Positions 48,753 to 61,034 of a stretch of 64,000 bases of DNA are shown here, piece by piece; position 1 is the stretch's first letter, and the number at the start of each line of letters is the position of its first letter. The notes under the pieces are model-generated. The model was given only the letters and a program-made list of their open reading frames with translations, was not told the DNA's origin and did no database searches. Source of the DNA: Azolla caroliniana. Its lineage: Eukaryota; Plantae; Polypodiophyta. The stretch is taken from contig JBHGNT010000018.1 of NCBI GenBank assembly GCA_043228905.1, positions 10,292,001 to 10,356,000 on the forward strand, written 5' to 3'. The translations under genes were made by a program, and so were the position numbers.

Positions 48753-51700
48753 ACTGTCAGAACCAAGGATAAAAGATAGAGTGATGGAAGAAGGATAGAG
48801 AAGAATGTATGTATAAGATAGAGAAAGAAAGAGAATGGATACAAGATATGTAATGAGAGCTAAAGACTGGTGTTGATTCGAATTGATTTGAGAATACATG
48901 TATGCGCTTATTTATAAGTTCCTATAGAATAGCTTAGAGATTTCTAGAATGTTCTAGAATGTTCTAGACCTAGAATGCTCTAGGACATTCTAGAACATTC
49001 TAGAATAATCTAGAGTTTTTACAATAATCAATGTAATACAAGAAGTAGCTTTTATTGTTTCATATAACAATAAGCTATCTTAATGGTTGAGGTTTTCAAG
49101 TATGAATTACAAGGTTCGAGGTTCAAATCCGAGTGACGCCATAATGGTCATGTGTTCATGACAGGTGTCTTCACACCTTGCTCGTTCTCCTCGACCTGTC
49201 CAGTCACACGGACCTCAACCTTCTCAGTCGGCTTGTCTACTCATTAGACCCTTCTCAGCTCCCTTGCTATCGCGGCATCGACGCTTCTCGACCCGTTGGC
49301 TCCTCCGTGTGGGTGTCGACTTTAGTTGCCCTCTCGTCCACTCGGCCTTTATGTGATTCGGCTCATCTGAATCGAATTGCTTGATCGGATCAGGTGTCTC
49401 CGATTTGTTCTCGCTCTTGTCCAAATTAGTTATCTCCAATCCGTCATCTGTTTGCAGGCCCTTGACCGCATTTGACCATGTCTTGGTTCTGGCCTTTTTC
49501 TTTTGGTTGGCTCTGTCCTTCTTGACTCTGTCACCTTTGCCGTCTGTTCCGGCTTTTCTGGATGTTTCAACTTATTTAGTTGATTCAACATCTTGTTCGG
49601 TTTCCTCCTGTTTCTCTCCCCCTTGTTCTCTACTTGTATTCCCCCCTCAACTGTGGCGTGTCGAGATGTTGCAACCCAAGCATCTCCGAAAAGTGTTGCG
49701 ACTTGTCTGATCTGAGCGTCTTGGTGAAGATGTCGGCAACCTGTAAATCGGTTCGAACATATCGGAGTTCGACTTCACCGCTCAAGACCCGCTCACGCAC
49801 AAAATGGTAATGCACTTCTATGTGCTTTGTGCGAGCATGGAGCACGGGGTTCTTGGCTAGGTGCATGCTAATAATATGGTTGCAATAGATCAAAATCAGA
49901 GTGGGAACTTTCACCCATAAATCCTGCAACAGTCGTCGGAGCCATATAGCTTCACAAGTTGAGATGGTGGCGCCTCGATACTCAGCTTCGGTGCTTGACA
50001 AGGCCACTGTCGGCTGCATCTTACAACTCCAGGCTACAACCACGCTTCCAAGAGAAAACATGAATCCTAATGTCGATCGGCGATCCGATGCATCTCCGGC
50101 TCAAGTTGCCATCCGTATAGTCGACTAACTATTCGGCTATAATGTGTCAGTACAGTAGTCCCTGATCCTTTGTGCCACTCACATATCTCATTAGTCGATG
50201 CACGCAATGAAGATGCTCCATTGTTGGTTGCTGCATGAATTGACCAATCACCCCGACCGGATAAATAAGGTTGGGTTAGGTGATAGTTAAATATATAAGG
50301 CTTTCGACAATTTGTCGGAACCGTTTCGCATCACATGTTTCTCCCGAATCGGGACATAGCTTTAGGTTTCTATCGAGGGGAGTAGAGATGGATCAACAAT
50401 CTGTCATACCGAACTTGTACAACATATTAAATACATAATGTCGTTGAGACAATAATATGTCATCGGGGGTGTGGATCACTTCGATCCCAAGAAAGTAGTG
50501 AAGGTCCCCCAGGTCCTTCATCTTGAATGCGTCTAACAACTGGGACTTTACTCAGTCGATTTCAGCAAGATCAGGTCCGGTGAAGACCAAGTCGTCCACG
50601 TAAAGCAAAATGCAAATCGGACCCTTCGGACCTTTTCGGATAAACAACAATCAGTCGGATTTAGAGGTCGCAAACCCCATCTTATGTGATTGGTGCGTGA
50701 TCTTCAATGTCGTAAAGCGACTTCTTCAATCGACATACTGCAGACTTGTTCACCTCTAACTAAAAACGGGTGTCTGGACCATGTATACTTATTCTTCAAG
50801 ATCATTCTTCATGTCCATCTAGTGGAGATGCCACTCTCTTTGCCGCGGCAACTGCTAGCACCACACAAACCATTGTCATCTTCGCCACTAGTGCGAAAGT
50901 CTAGTCGTAGTCGATTCTGTGGGTTTGTGCATATCCCTTGGCCACCAATTGGGTCTTGTACCGGTTGACCGAACCATCGGCGTTGTATTTCACCTTATAC
51001 ACCCACTTACATATCTGATTGGTTTGCAATTCTAGGGAGGGTCAACGAAATCCCATGGTGCCCACATTTCTTCCTCCATGGCCAAATGTCATCTGGCATC
51101 CTGTGATGCCTCCACATAGCTCCCCGGCTCACTGACTTCAGCCACTTTCGTCATGTATGCATAAGGGTGCACCATGTACTCATTATATCCATACCAGATC
51201 ACAGGCTTCTTGTGGCGAGCCAATCGGCGGAGCTTCTCATTCACCAATTTGAGGGCCCTCTTGGTCGTATTCGACCTCAACTCTTGAGGTCCTCTTTCGC
51301 TCAGAGTGTTGTCGGATTCTCCTGGATCCGACTCTGCTTTATCCGTGCCATACTTCAACATCTTCATTTTCCCTTTTTCTTTGCACATGAACCATCTCCT
51401 CGGTTCCTTGCGTGGGGAGTGCACGACCGAGTCGTCACTTCTCGTCGGCTCGTCATTTTGTTGGTCTTCCTGACTCAGCTCTTCATTTGGACCACTTAGT
51501 TGGAATGAATTCGGACTCTCTTCCAGAGCACCAAAATCTTCTTCTTCTTCATGGATCATGTCGGTCTCACTGGCCTCATCCTCAGAAATCGGAAGGTCAA
51601 AGTTGTCAGTGTTAAGATTCTATTACTAATCAATAGACCAATTTAATAAAGTTAAAAAAAAGGAAAATAGATTGGATAGAATAACCCGTTCCACCCGACC

Positions 51701-52938
51701 ACCCCCGAGCTATGATCTAGACATAGCCAACCTACCACCGACGTCCCATACCACCGAATATTAGGATGACTAATACCTTGGCAAAGATTAACACGATCGT
51801 CGAGCCGCAAGCCTAGCCTGCACCATCGGTGTCTAAGACAACAAACTTTCGACGTAATGTCCTTATGAAGGTAGCTAAGCCTCAAATTTATACCTTTTCC
51901 TAGGCCCCTTGAATAGATGTGCCTTTCTAAAAGGCTCTCCCTCCAGTCATTGGTTGTCCAAATCATGATAGTGCATGAACCTATCATTCCCTCTATCCAA
52001 TCATATTAATCCCCTTTTTAACATTAGTGAACATACCCTTCACTTATGTAAATATTAGTGATTTACCCTCACCTACATTATGTGTACATAACATACTACT
52101 TCAAGGATTGCACTCTTGCAATATAAAGTGAGGAAATTGTGCCTTAAGAGTATGGTCGCGTTCCCACGTGGCATCATCAATAGGTTTATCCATCCATTTG
52201 ATCTTGAATAGCCGAATCTCTTTAGAATGTAGAAGTTTAGTACGAGAATCAAGAATTCGCTCAAGAACATGAGGTTTGTAAGAAAAATCCTCTAATGTTA
52301 CAAGACCCTGGATTGTGATGCTGTTATCACTAGAGCCTACAAATAGTTTTAGATGACTGACGTGAAAAATAGGATGAATACCAATGTTACGGGGTAAGGC
52401 AAGGTGATATGCAGATGACCCAACTCGCTTAAGGATTTCAAATGGGCCACAATATCGTGGGGCTAACTCAACGCATTTGCCCGTAGACAATGACGTAGAG
52501 TCAGTAGGGACACACAAAAAATCTTTTTCACCAATAGTAAATGTATGAGGACGTCTACTATCTAGATCAACATAATATCGAGCACGATCTTGAGCTGTCT
52601 GAACATTTTCTTTGGCAATATGTAACATTTGGTTCATTTCTTGCAAAAATCTGTGTGTATTGTCTAATGTATCATGATGAATTGTGACATCGACTGGGGC
52701 ACGTGGCTGAAATCCATACATCAACATAAAAGGACTATATCTAGTGGATGTATGTTTTGAGCTATTATAGGCAAATTCTAAGATAGGAAGATATTGTTCG
52801 CACTTAGAAGGGGTTTTTGCTACATAATCTCGAAGCATGTCCTCGATAATTTGATTAACTCGTTCAGTTTGTCCATCAAACTGAGGATGATCTGCGGAAT
52901 TCATGCTTAACGTAGTTTCTAGCTTCTTAAAGACACGA

Positions 52939-55900
52939 TATTAGAGACATAGACTAATGTAAGCATTAGATAAGGATAGAAAATAGATGAATAGATAGAT
53001 CTAGAAAGGAGAGAGAGAAAGAAGGGTGCCGATCCACCCGACCACCCTTGAGCGAAGGGATCGAGACGGACTCGAGCCTCGATCGGCGTCCCATACCACC
53101 GCCGTGGCGTCGAGTCATACCTGGTGCTGGCGCGCTCGCTACAAGAGTTGACCCACCACAAGACAGAGTCTCAATGTAGTCAACAAGATAATCAAATGAG
53201 GGTAGCTAGGCCTCTATTTATAGCGATACCCAAGGCCCCCAACCATGTTCACACTTGGCCTAATGGGTTGTCTCAATCCCGAGGATTTAAAAATAATCCT
53301 CCCCTTCTTTACACTCTCGTTTAACCCTCACACTTATCCACATGTATAGAATACTACAATAAATTCTCACCACGGGATATTATATGGTCATGCCCATAAC
53401 ATACTCCCCCTCTTTAAAACATTGCACTCTTGCAATGGAAAGTTAGGGAAGTTAAGTTCTGAGAGTATTTTCGCGTTCCCATGTGGCATCTTTTATTGAT
53501 TTATCCATCCATTTTATTTTAAATTCTCGGATTTCTTTAGTACGTAATTTTTTTGTTTTAACATCGAGAATTCTTTCTGGTACATGTGGTTTAGAAGATA
53601 ATTCTTCAGAAGTAACCAGAGTTTCAGTTGTAACTGTATTGTCGCCAGAACCCAGACGTTCTTTTAGACGACTCACATGAAATACTGGATGAATTCCAAC
53701 ACCATCGGGAAGAGCGAGACGATGGGCTGATGACCCGATGCGTTTGAGGACTGTAAAAGGTCCACAAAACTGTGGGGCTAACTTAGCGCACTTACCCGTA
53801 GACAATGTCTTAATTGTGAGGTACACGTAAAAATACCTTCTGTCCAGGGTTGAATACATGAGGTTGCCTATGATGATCGGCATAAAAACGGGCTCTATCT
53901 TGAGCTGTTTTTATATTATCTCGTGCAATATGCAACATATCTTGCATATCCCGAAGAAAGTTCTGCGTACTTTGCAACTCATCATGATGAATATTAACAT
54001 GAATCGGGGCTCATGGCTGAAAACCATACATCAACATAAAAGGACTATATCCCGTCGATGTATGCTTAGAGTTGTTATAAGCAAACTCCAAAATTGGGAG
54101 GTAACGTTCCCATTTTTTTGGTTTTCCACCAAAATATGCTCGAAGGATATCCTCAATACTTTGATTTACTCGTTCTGTTTGTCCATCGGATTGAGGATGA
54201 TCCGTGGAGCTCATGCTCAACGTAGTTTCTAACTTCTTGAAGACTTGTGTCTAGAAGTCACTAGTAAATTTTGGATCTCGATCACTCACGATATCCATCG
54301 GTAACCCATAAAAACGAAATAACTCGTCAACGAATTGGTAAGCCAATTCAGGATCTGTTATCGTGGTTTTAGTAGCAATAAATCTGGCCATTTTAGTTAG
54401 TCGATCAACCACAACCCAGATGGCATCATGGCCTTTTTGGGTGCGTGAAAGGCTAACAATAAAATCCATGGATATACTTTCCCACTTATTATTGGGAATG
54501 TCCAAGGGATGTAAAAGTCTTGCGGCTTTAAGTCGCTCGGCTTTGTTAACCTGACATTGGTGACATTTAGTCACATAGGTATGTATGTCAGGATGCATCT
54601 TAGGCCAATAAAATTGAGTGGAGATGAGAACGAGTGTACAATGTATTCCAGGGTGCCCTGTTGAGGGTGCATCATGGCATTAAAAAAGAATCCTCTTTTT
54701 GACCTCGGGTAAATTTGGAACACAAACCTTCCCATTACAATAGAGCAGACCATTAGCAATGTGGAAGTATTCCTTCGAGGATGTGGTGGTGTCTGTTCCA
54801 GACTTAACTCTTGTCTAGTATTTTGCAAAATAACTGTCATCAGGATACTTCCCTCGAAGGTGATCATAAAGATCTGAGGATATTTCAGTGAAGCTAAGCA
54901 TGTTAACTTCACGGATGCGACTTAGTGCATCAGCGACAGTGTTCATGGAACCTTTCCGATATCGTATGGAAAAATCAAAGTCCTGGATGAGATCAGCCCA
55001 TCGTGCCTTACGACCTTTCAAGTCTTGTTGGTCACAAAAATATTTCAAGGACTCGTGGTCCGTAGTTACGAGAAAGCGATTTCCATAAAGATAATGGCGC
55101 CATGTTTTGAGTGCATGTATAACTGCAAATAATTCCTTTTCTTGAACAGTATACCGACATTGAGCAGAATCAAGTTTCTTACTCTCGAATGCTATTGGTT
55201 TACCATCTTGATATAAGACAACACCTATAGCATAATCGCTTGCATTGGTTTCAACCTCAAAAGGTTTTGAAGGATCGGGTAAAAGAAGTGAAGGAGCCTT
55301 GCAAACCAGGTCCTTGAGTTCCTTAAAGGCGAGGTCTAGAGTAGCATTCCACACAATAGGTTTTGTAGACTTACGCGTTTGACCTTTTAGAAGATCAGTA
55401 AACGGCGTCGTCAATTGGGAGTAATTACGAAAGGATTTTTGCAAAAACCCGACAAAACCAAGGAATGATCAAACTTCTCGAATGTTCCGAAGAGTGGGCC
55501 AAAACTTGATTTTCTCGATGCGAGAAGGATCAATTTCAACTCCTCGTTCGGTTATGAGATGTCCAAGATAAGTAATTGATTTCTTGAAGAACTCACATTT
55601 TGAGATCTTCCCATAAAATTGTTTGTCACGCAATGTTTGTAAAACAAAGCGGACATGTTTAGCATATTCTTGTAATGTACGGCTATAAACTAAAATATTA
55701 TCCAAGGAAATAACGACAAATTTTCCAAGTTGTTCTCGGAAAATGTCATTCATTTCTTGTTGAAATGTAGCCGGAGCATTGGTCAAACCAAAAGGCATAA
55801 CCAGAAACTCATAATGGCCATAGCGCGTACAAAATTCCGTTTTAGGAACATCGTCCTCACTTATACGAATTTGATGGTAGCCAGTACGGAGATCAAGTTT

Positions 55901-58900
55901 CGTAAAATACCGAGCTCCTTGGAGACGGTCAATTAGATCGTCAGCCTGGGGCAATGGATACGAATTCTTGATCGTCACTTTATTCAAGCGTCGGTAATTA
56001 ATACACATACGCCATGTGCCCTCTTTCTTTTTAACCAAGAGAATTGGTGCACCCCATGGAGATTTACTATAACCTATATAACCCATTCGTAAATAGTCCT
56101 TGAGTTGCTTAGATACCTCATCCTCTTCGGATCGACTTAAGCGATAAGGAGGTATACTTATTGGTGCAATGCCAGGTACAATATCTATACGATGGTCTAT
56201 ATTACATTTAGGAGGTAAACCTCATGGTAGTTCACTCGGAAAAACATCACAAAAATCATTTAAGATTTCATCAAGTTGTTGTTGTTCAAAATATGTTAAT
56301 TGAACTGAGACATTATCGATATTGTAAACGTGAATGTTCTAATCAAGTACACAATAAAATAGAGTAGAACAAGACAACTCGGATATTGATGGACACGAGG
56401 AAACAATCGAGAGGGATTGTTTTTTTACATATTGAATAAAATGAGTACAATCGTTCAATACAAATGTAATTGAATGATGAACCCAATCAATAGATAAAGA
56501 AGAGTTTTTATTATAAAACCAGGGATAACCTAGTATTACATCGGTGGTACAAAGATTCATTACATGGAAGTCTACTTCCTCTATATAAGTATCAATAGAA
56601 ATTCCTAATGAATGAATCGCCCCATTGATGTATTGTACTCTTCCATTAGCCAAGTGCACCGTGTAGGTGTGATCACTTACGGTGGGTTGGATTCCCCATA
56701 TCTAAACCAAACGATCATTCACAAAGTTGTGTGAGCTTCTCGAATCAAATAAAAATGGTATGGGAGATCCATTGATATACCCGTTTGCACGTAGTAAATC
56801 ATTGGGACCCAATACATAGTGAGGGAAAGAACATTAACAATTACTTAAATGATGTGTATAGACCTGAAGGACATTAGGAATCTGACCTTTATGGTTTGCA
56901 ACTTTAGCTTTGTTGTCGTCTCTTTCCGTTGGAGCTTTCGACATTGATCTTTTGTATGACCCTTCTTTTTGCCGAAAACGCAAAAAGGATGTTGTTGCTT
57001 ACAATCGTGATCCATGAATTCGTTGGGTGTTTTGCATTTCCCAACGAATTGCGACTGCTTAGTCCCGGGCGCTTCGTTGGGTTTGTTGTGATCCTTCTTC
57101 GAAGTGCGGTTATAGCGAAGAACTATTTCAACGGCCTCTTCGAAGGATTTTGGATCCTTATTGTGCACTATCCAGTGATAGTCCGAATTGGGGATGCCAT
57201 TTACAAAACAAGCTATCAACCAGTTGTCCCCTTCTAGACCCAACTTTTGGATTTGGGTTCTAGCATGGTGAACATAGTCTTCTAGCGAGGAAAACTTCCT
57301 GCTAGAGAGGTTCATTAAAGCTTCTGCTGCCTCGGTTCGAGAGGGAGGTTGTAGAAATTGGCCCTTGAAAACTGTGACAAAATTTGTCCAGGTATCGGGC
57401 AATTTCCCCAAAGTACGGAGCCCACACCACCAGATGGCGGCCTAACCCCCTAGTTCTCGGCTGACATATGCAATCTTCGTACTATATGGCGTGTGATAGA
57501 GCTCAAAATGAGACTCCCATCGGCCTAGCCACGTGCAGATTGCTTCTTCGGTTCTTTCCTTTTTTTCTCCCGTAAATGGCTTAACGACAAATGATGGTTC
57601 ACCCTATCGCTCATCAGGTCTATTAGTCTCACGTTGTAGACTAATGACATGTGCCTCAAGAGCACATTGAGATTTGCGAAGTTCGGTCATCTGTTGAGCA
57701 GTGAAACTAAGGTATTGGGTTATTTGCAAAAAATACATCTCAATGGACATTTTTCCAAGAGGATTCCCTAGAGTTCCTTCCGCTTCATCGGAGGACATCG
57801 GGTCGTTATTTTGAGCATTAAATGATTGTTTCTGGAAAAGAAATAGGATAAGGTCAGAGAGATAGTCATAACATCATGTCGTGATGTAAACCTATCATGG
57901 GCGAACATTATCGATATCATTATCTCACGTCAATACCCCTCTAGACGTATGAGATGAGGTTCAAGATCAGGTTACTATGGTAACACAAAGGTGTTTTAAA
58001 AACCATGGGGGTGACAATTTAATGTCTTTCCCTGATCTCTATATCGATTTTTTCATGACGACTCCCTGAGGCTCAACCATGTATGTTCGCGTCATGAATA
58101 GTTTATACACGAAAAAAAATGTTAACAATAAACTATGTTTCTGTGCCCACATATGTGGTTTCGGTTCTTTAAGTCCTATTATGAGGACCCCGAAGTGCAC
58201 TTAGACCTCAAGTCTAAACATGTGTTATAGTCATATGTATCAACGATGTTGTATGGTCTTGGTCATATTTGAACTCAAAACCTCGAGAACAAATGCATTA
58301 AACATTTGAGCCAACCAAGTAAGTTGCTCTTCTTGAATGTTTAATGTTTCATGCGTATAAGAGATATGCGAGGCATTTGCCCATATATGTTTTTTTAAAA
58401 GAAACATATATGTCAAGAGTCCTTATTTCGCCCTCATTTACTACAACTATGTTGGTACATTACCTAACCTCAAGTCTCGTAATTACGATGGCATACACCA
58501 AAGTGCAACCTAATGGTCAAGCCAAATGAGCCCTCTTTTCGTAGTTGGCCCACGTGGCCCATCACATGGTCACGTCATTACGAATGCCTCTCGTAAGAAT
58601 GATCTCATAGTGGCATCGTATCCTTGTAATGAGGGAGGGATGTTGGATACGTGTGTCATAAGAGCGACCTCACATGAAGTGGGTCAAACCCCACGTACTC
58701 AACATCATTATGGCTATTGGCGTTTCTTTACGTAACGAAATATCGAAGTCACCAACGGGGATTTCAACACTAAAAAAAATTGTTGAAAAAAGGGATGGTG
58801 ACAACGCGATTCTCACAAAAATGTGAGGACGGCCACCAAGATCCTTTCCCCGAAAAGGAAAACATTCGATTTAAAATCACGTAATAAGTTATATACACAT

Positions 58901-59962
58901 ATATACGATCAACTACGTATACACATGACCACATATGCCTATATTAAAGAAATCTTTATATTTAATAGCCAAAAATGACCTAATCGAGATATGTAATCGA
59001 GGCATATACCTTTACGCACACGAGACATCCAAAAATAAGGGTTAATCGTAATACGCAATTGAGGTATTGACCTCTTACGCATATGAGACCAAACACATAT
59101 CATTTACAACGAATCAAGGTATTGACCTCATACGCAAACGTAACATATGTTCGTGAACGTAATACGTAATTGAGGTATTAACCTCGTACACATACGACAC
59201 TCATCACATATTATTTATATGTCAAACGAGGTATTGACCTCGTGCACATATGTAAGCGTTTTAGATAACCAATTAAATACCACTACAACATCATTTAATG
59301 AATGAAAATAATCTACATATTAACCATACACATGATTAGATAGGAGAAGAAAAAATAGACAAAAAAACAAGAAAGATTACCGAAGTTCCTTTGTTGATCC
59401 TTGTTTGCATGAAGGCTGACCAAACGTAGATCGATCACCATCAATCAAGAGCACAAAACACAACAAAAGAAACATTAGAAAATGAGCTCTGATACCAACT
59501 ATTAGAGACATGGACTAATGTAAGCATTAGATAAAGATAGAAAATAGATGAATAGATAGATCTAGAAAGGAGAGAGAGAAAGAAGGGTGCCGATCCACCT
59601 GACCACCCCCGAGCGAAGGGATCGAGACGGACTCGAGCCTCGATCAGCATCCCATACCACCGCCGTGGCGTCGAGTCGTACCTGGTGCTGGCGCGCTCGC
59701 TACAAGAGTTGACCCACCACAAGACAAAGTCTCAACGTAGTCAACAAGATAATCAAATGAGGGTAGCTAGGCCTCTATTTATAGTGATACCCAAGGCCCC
59801 CGACCATGTTCACACTTGGCCTAATGGGTTGTCTCAATCCCGAGGATTTAAAAGTAATCCTCCCCTTCTTTACACTCTCGTTTAACCCTCACACTTATCC
59901 ACGTGTATAGAATACTACGGTAAATTCTCACCACGGGATATTATATGGTCATGCCCGTAACA
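52939..59962 (-). mobile_element. Full-length degenerate chromovirus C (Reina/Tekay-type) with a long 5' leader
   Basis: 463-bp LTRs at 59500-59962 and 52939-53401 (~17 mismatches). TSD CACGA/CCCGA; PBS TGGTATCAGAGC at 59486-59497; PPT AAAGAGGGGGAGTA. Fragmented gag, PR, RT, RH, IN and a type II chromodomain. Confidence 0.92.
58999..59241. repeat. Five regularly spaced copies of a GAGGTATTGACCTC hairpin motif
   Basis: Copies start near 58999, 59061, 59116, 59172 and 59228. Confidence 0.75.
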
Positions 59963-60101
59963 CCCGAGTCCAAAAGTCACTAGTAAACTTGTAATCTCGA
60001 TCACTAACAATATCCATCGATAATCCATAAAAACGAAATAACTCATCAACAAATTGATAAGTTAATTGTTGAGGGGTTACTATGGTTTTGGTAGGAATAA
60101 A

Positions 60102-60400
60102 TGTTAGAGTTATGATCTAACGTAAGCATATGATAAGGATAAAATATAGATAAACATAAGAACGGAGAGAGAGAAAGAAGGGTGTTGATCCACCCGAACA
60201 CCCCCGAGCGGAGGGATCGAGACGGACTCGAGCCTCGATCGGCATCCCATACCACCGCCGTGGCGTCAAGTCGTACCTGGTGGTGGCGCGCTCGCTACAA
60301 GAGTTGACCCACCACAACGTTAGAGTCTCGACTTAGTCAAAAGATGATGAAATGAGGGTAGCTAGGCCTCATATTTATAGCGATACCCAAGGCCCCCAGG
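60102..60400 (-). repeat. Partial LTR of the chromovirus C family, interrupted by Tcn1-like element B
   Basis: Homologous to 52939-53240; canonical CA end. Confidence 0.85.
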
Positions 60401-61034
60401 TGTCATGAAGACATACATCTTGGCTTATCATGACATTCATCTTGGCGAACCAGGAATCGAACCCATAACCTCTTGGTTTACATATTGTACTTTAACCATT
60501 GTAATAACATATGTGAGATGTAATCATAATAATTATATGTTTAGTTATTACGAGATATTTAGAACATTCTAGATTATTCTAGAATGTTCTTGAATATTTC
60601 ATGATTATATTTATTATTATTATTATTCATAAATATCTAAAATATTCTAGAACATTCTAGAATACTCCATAAGGGCCTATAAATAAGAGTCCATACACTC
60701 ATCACAACTCATTCGGTTCAACACCAGTCTTTAGCCCTTAGCCTACTCCTTGTAATCTTCTTTCTCATAATATAATCTCATTCCCATTTCTTATCTCTCA
60801 CTTATACTTTTCTCTCTCTCGCACTCTCTCCCTTTTTCACTCTCTTTTGCTATCACTATCGCTATCTCTACCGCTCTCGCCATCTCTATCGTTATCGTTA
60901 TCTCTATCGCCATCGCTCTCTCTCTGCTTCCTACTCAAGAGTCACGACAGTTTGAACCGAATATTTCTTTTCCCTTTCTCCAATAACCCTAGCAAGCTTT
61001 CTTCTTTATCCTTCTTTCTTTTTCCCCCGCGGTT

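Larger units (their letters stand above)
43448..49163 (-). mobile_element. Full-length Tcn1-like chromovirus (Ty3/gypsy), element A
   Basis: 409-bp LTRs at 48755-49163 and 43448-43856 (1 mismatch by eye). TSD GGCGT/GGTGT; PPT GAAGGAGGGATAG at 43857-43869. gag [32 protein letters not shown], integrase with GPF, chromodomain YEVAAILDS..YLVDWLGY..TWEP. Confidence 0.95.
42340..51609 (-). mobile_element. Degenerate Ty1/copia (relative of 4669-8051) hosting nested insertions; 3' LTR ~42340-43382
   Basis: RT at 50100-51000 (LLYVDDLV), RNase H at 49630-50061, a tail homologous to 7133-7687, and PPT GAGGGGGAG. The LTR starts TGTTGAGCGGACAAGCTC at 43382 and resumes left of 42690. The left LTR end is uncertain. 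Confidence 0.85.
51610..60101 (-). mobile_element. Chromovirus B (Reina/Tekay-type): integrase-chromodomain and 3' LTR 51610-52093; interrupted twice
   Basis: ORF 52101-52904 (HPQFDGQTERVN..GPF..ERILDSRTK..KIKW..ATWE). Integrase resumes at 59968-60101. LTR termini TGTTA..TAACA. Confidence 0.85.

Noticed and set aside
48657-48899. Hydrophobic N-terminal extension (possible TM or signal peptide) of the 422-aa gag ORF
   Set aside because: It translates LTR U5, the PBS and the (CT)n microsatellite; homology with gag 61035 begins at ATG 48656.
58999-59241. CRISPR array
   Set aside because: Repeats are only 14 bp and degenerate, spacers resemble each other, there are no cas genes, and the context is a plant retrotransposon leader.
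60443-60510. Functional tRNA gene (also 43765-43834 and 49072-49141)
   Set aside because: Acceptor and anticodon stems do not pair; only the boxes and their spacing remain, so it is reported as a tRNA-derived module.
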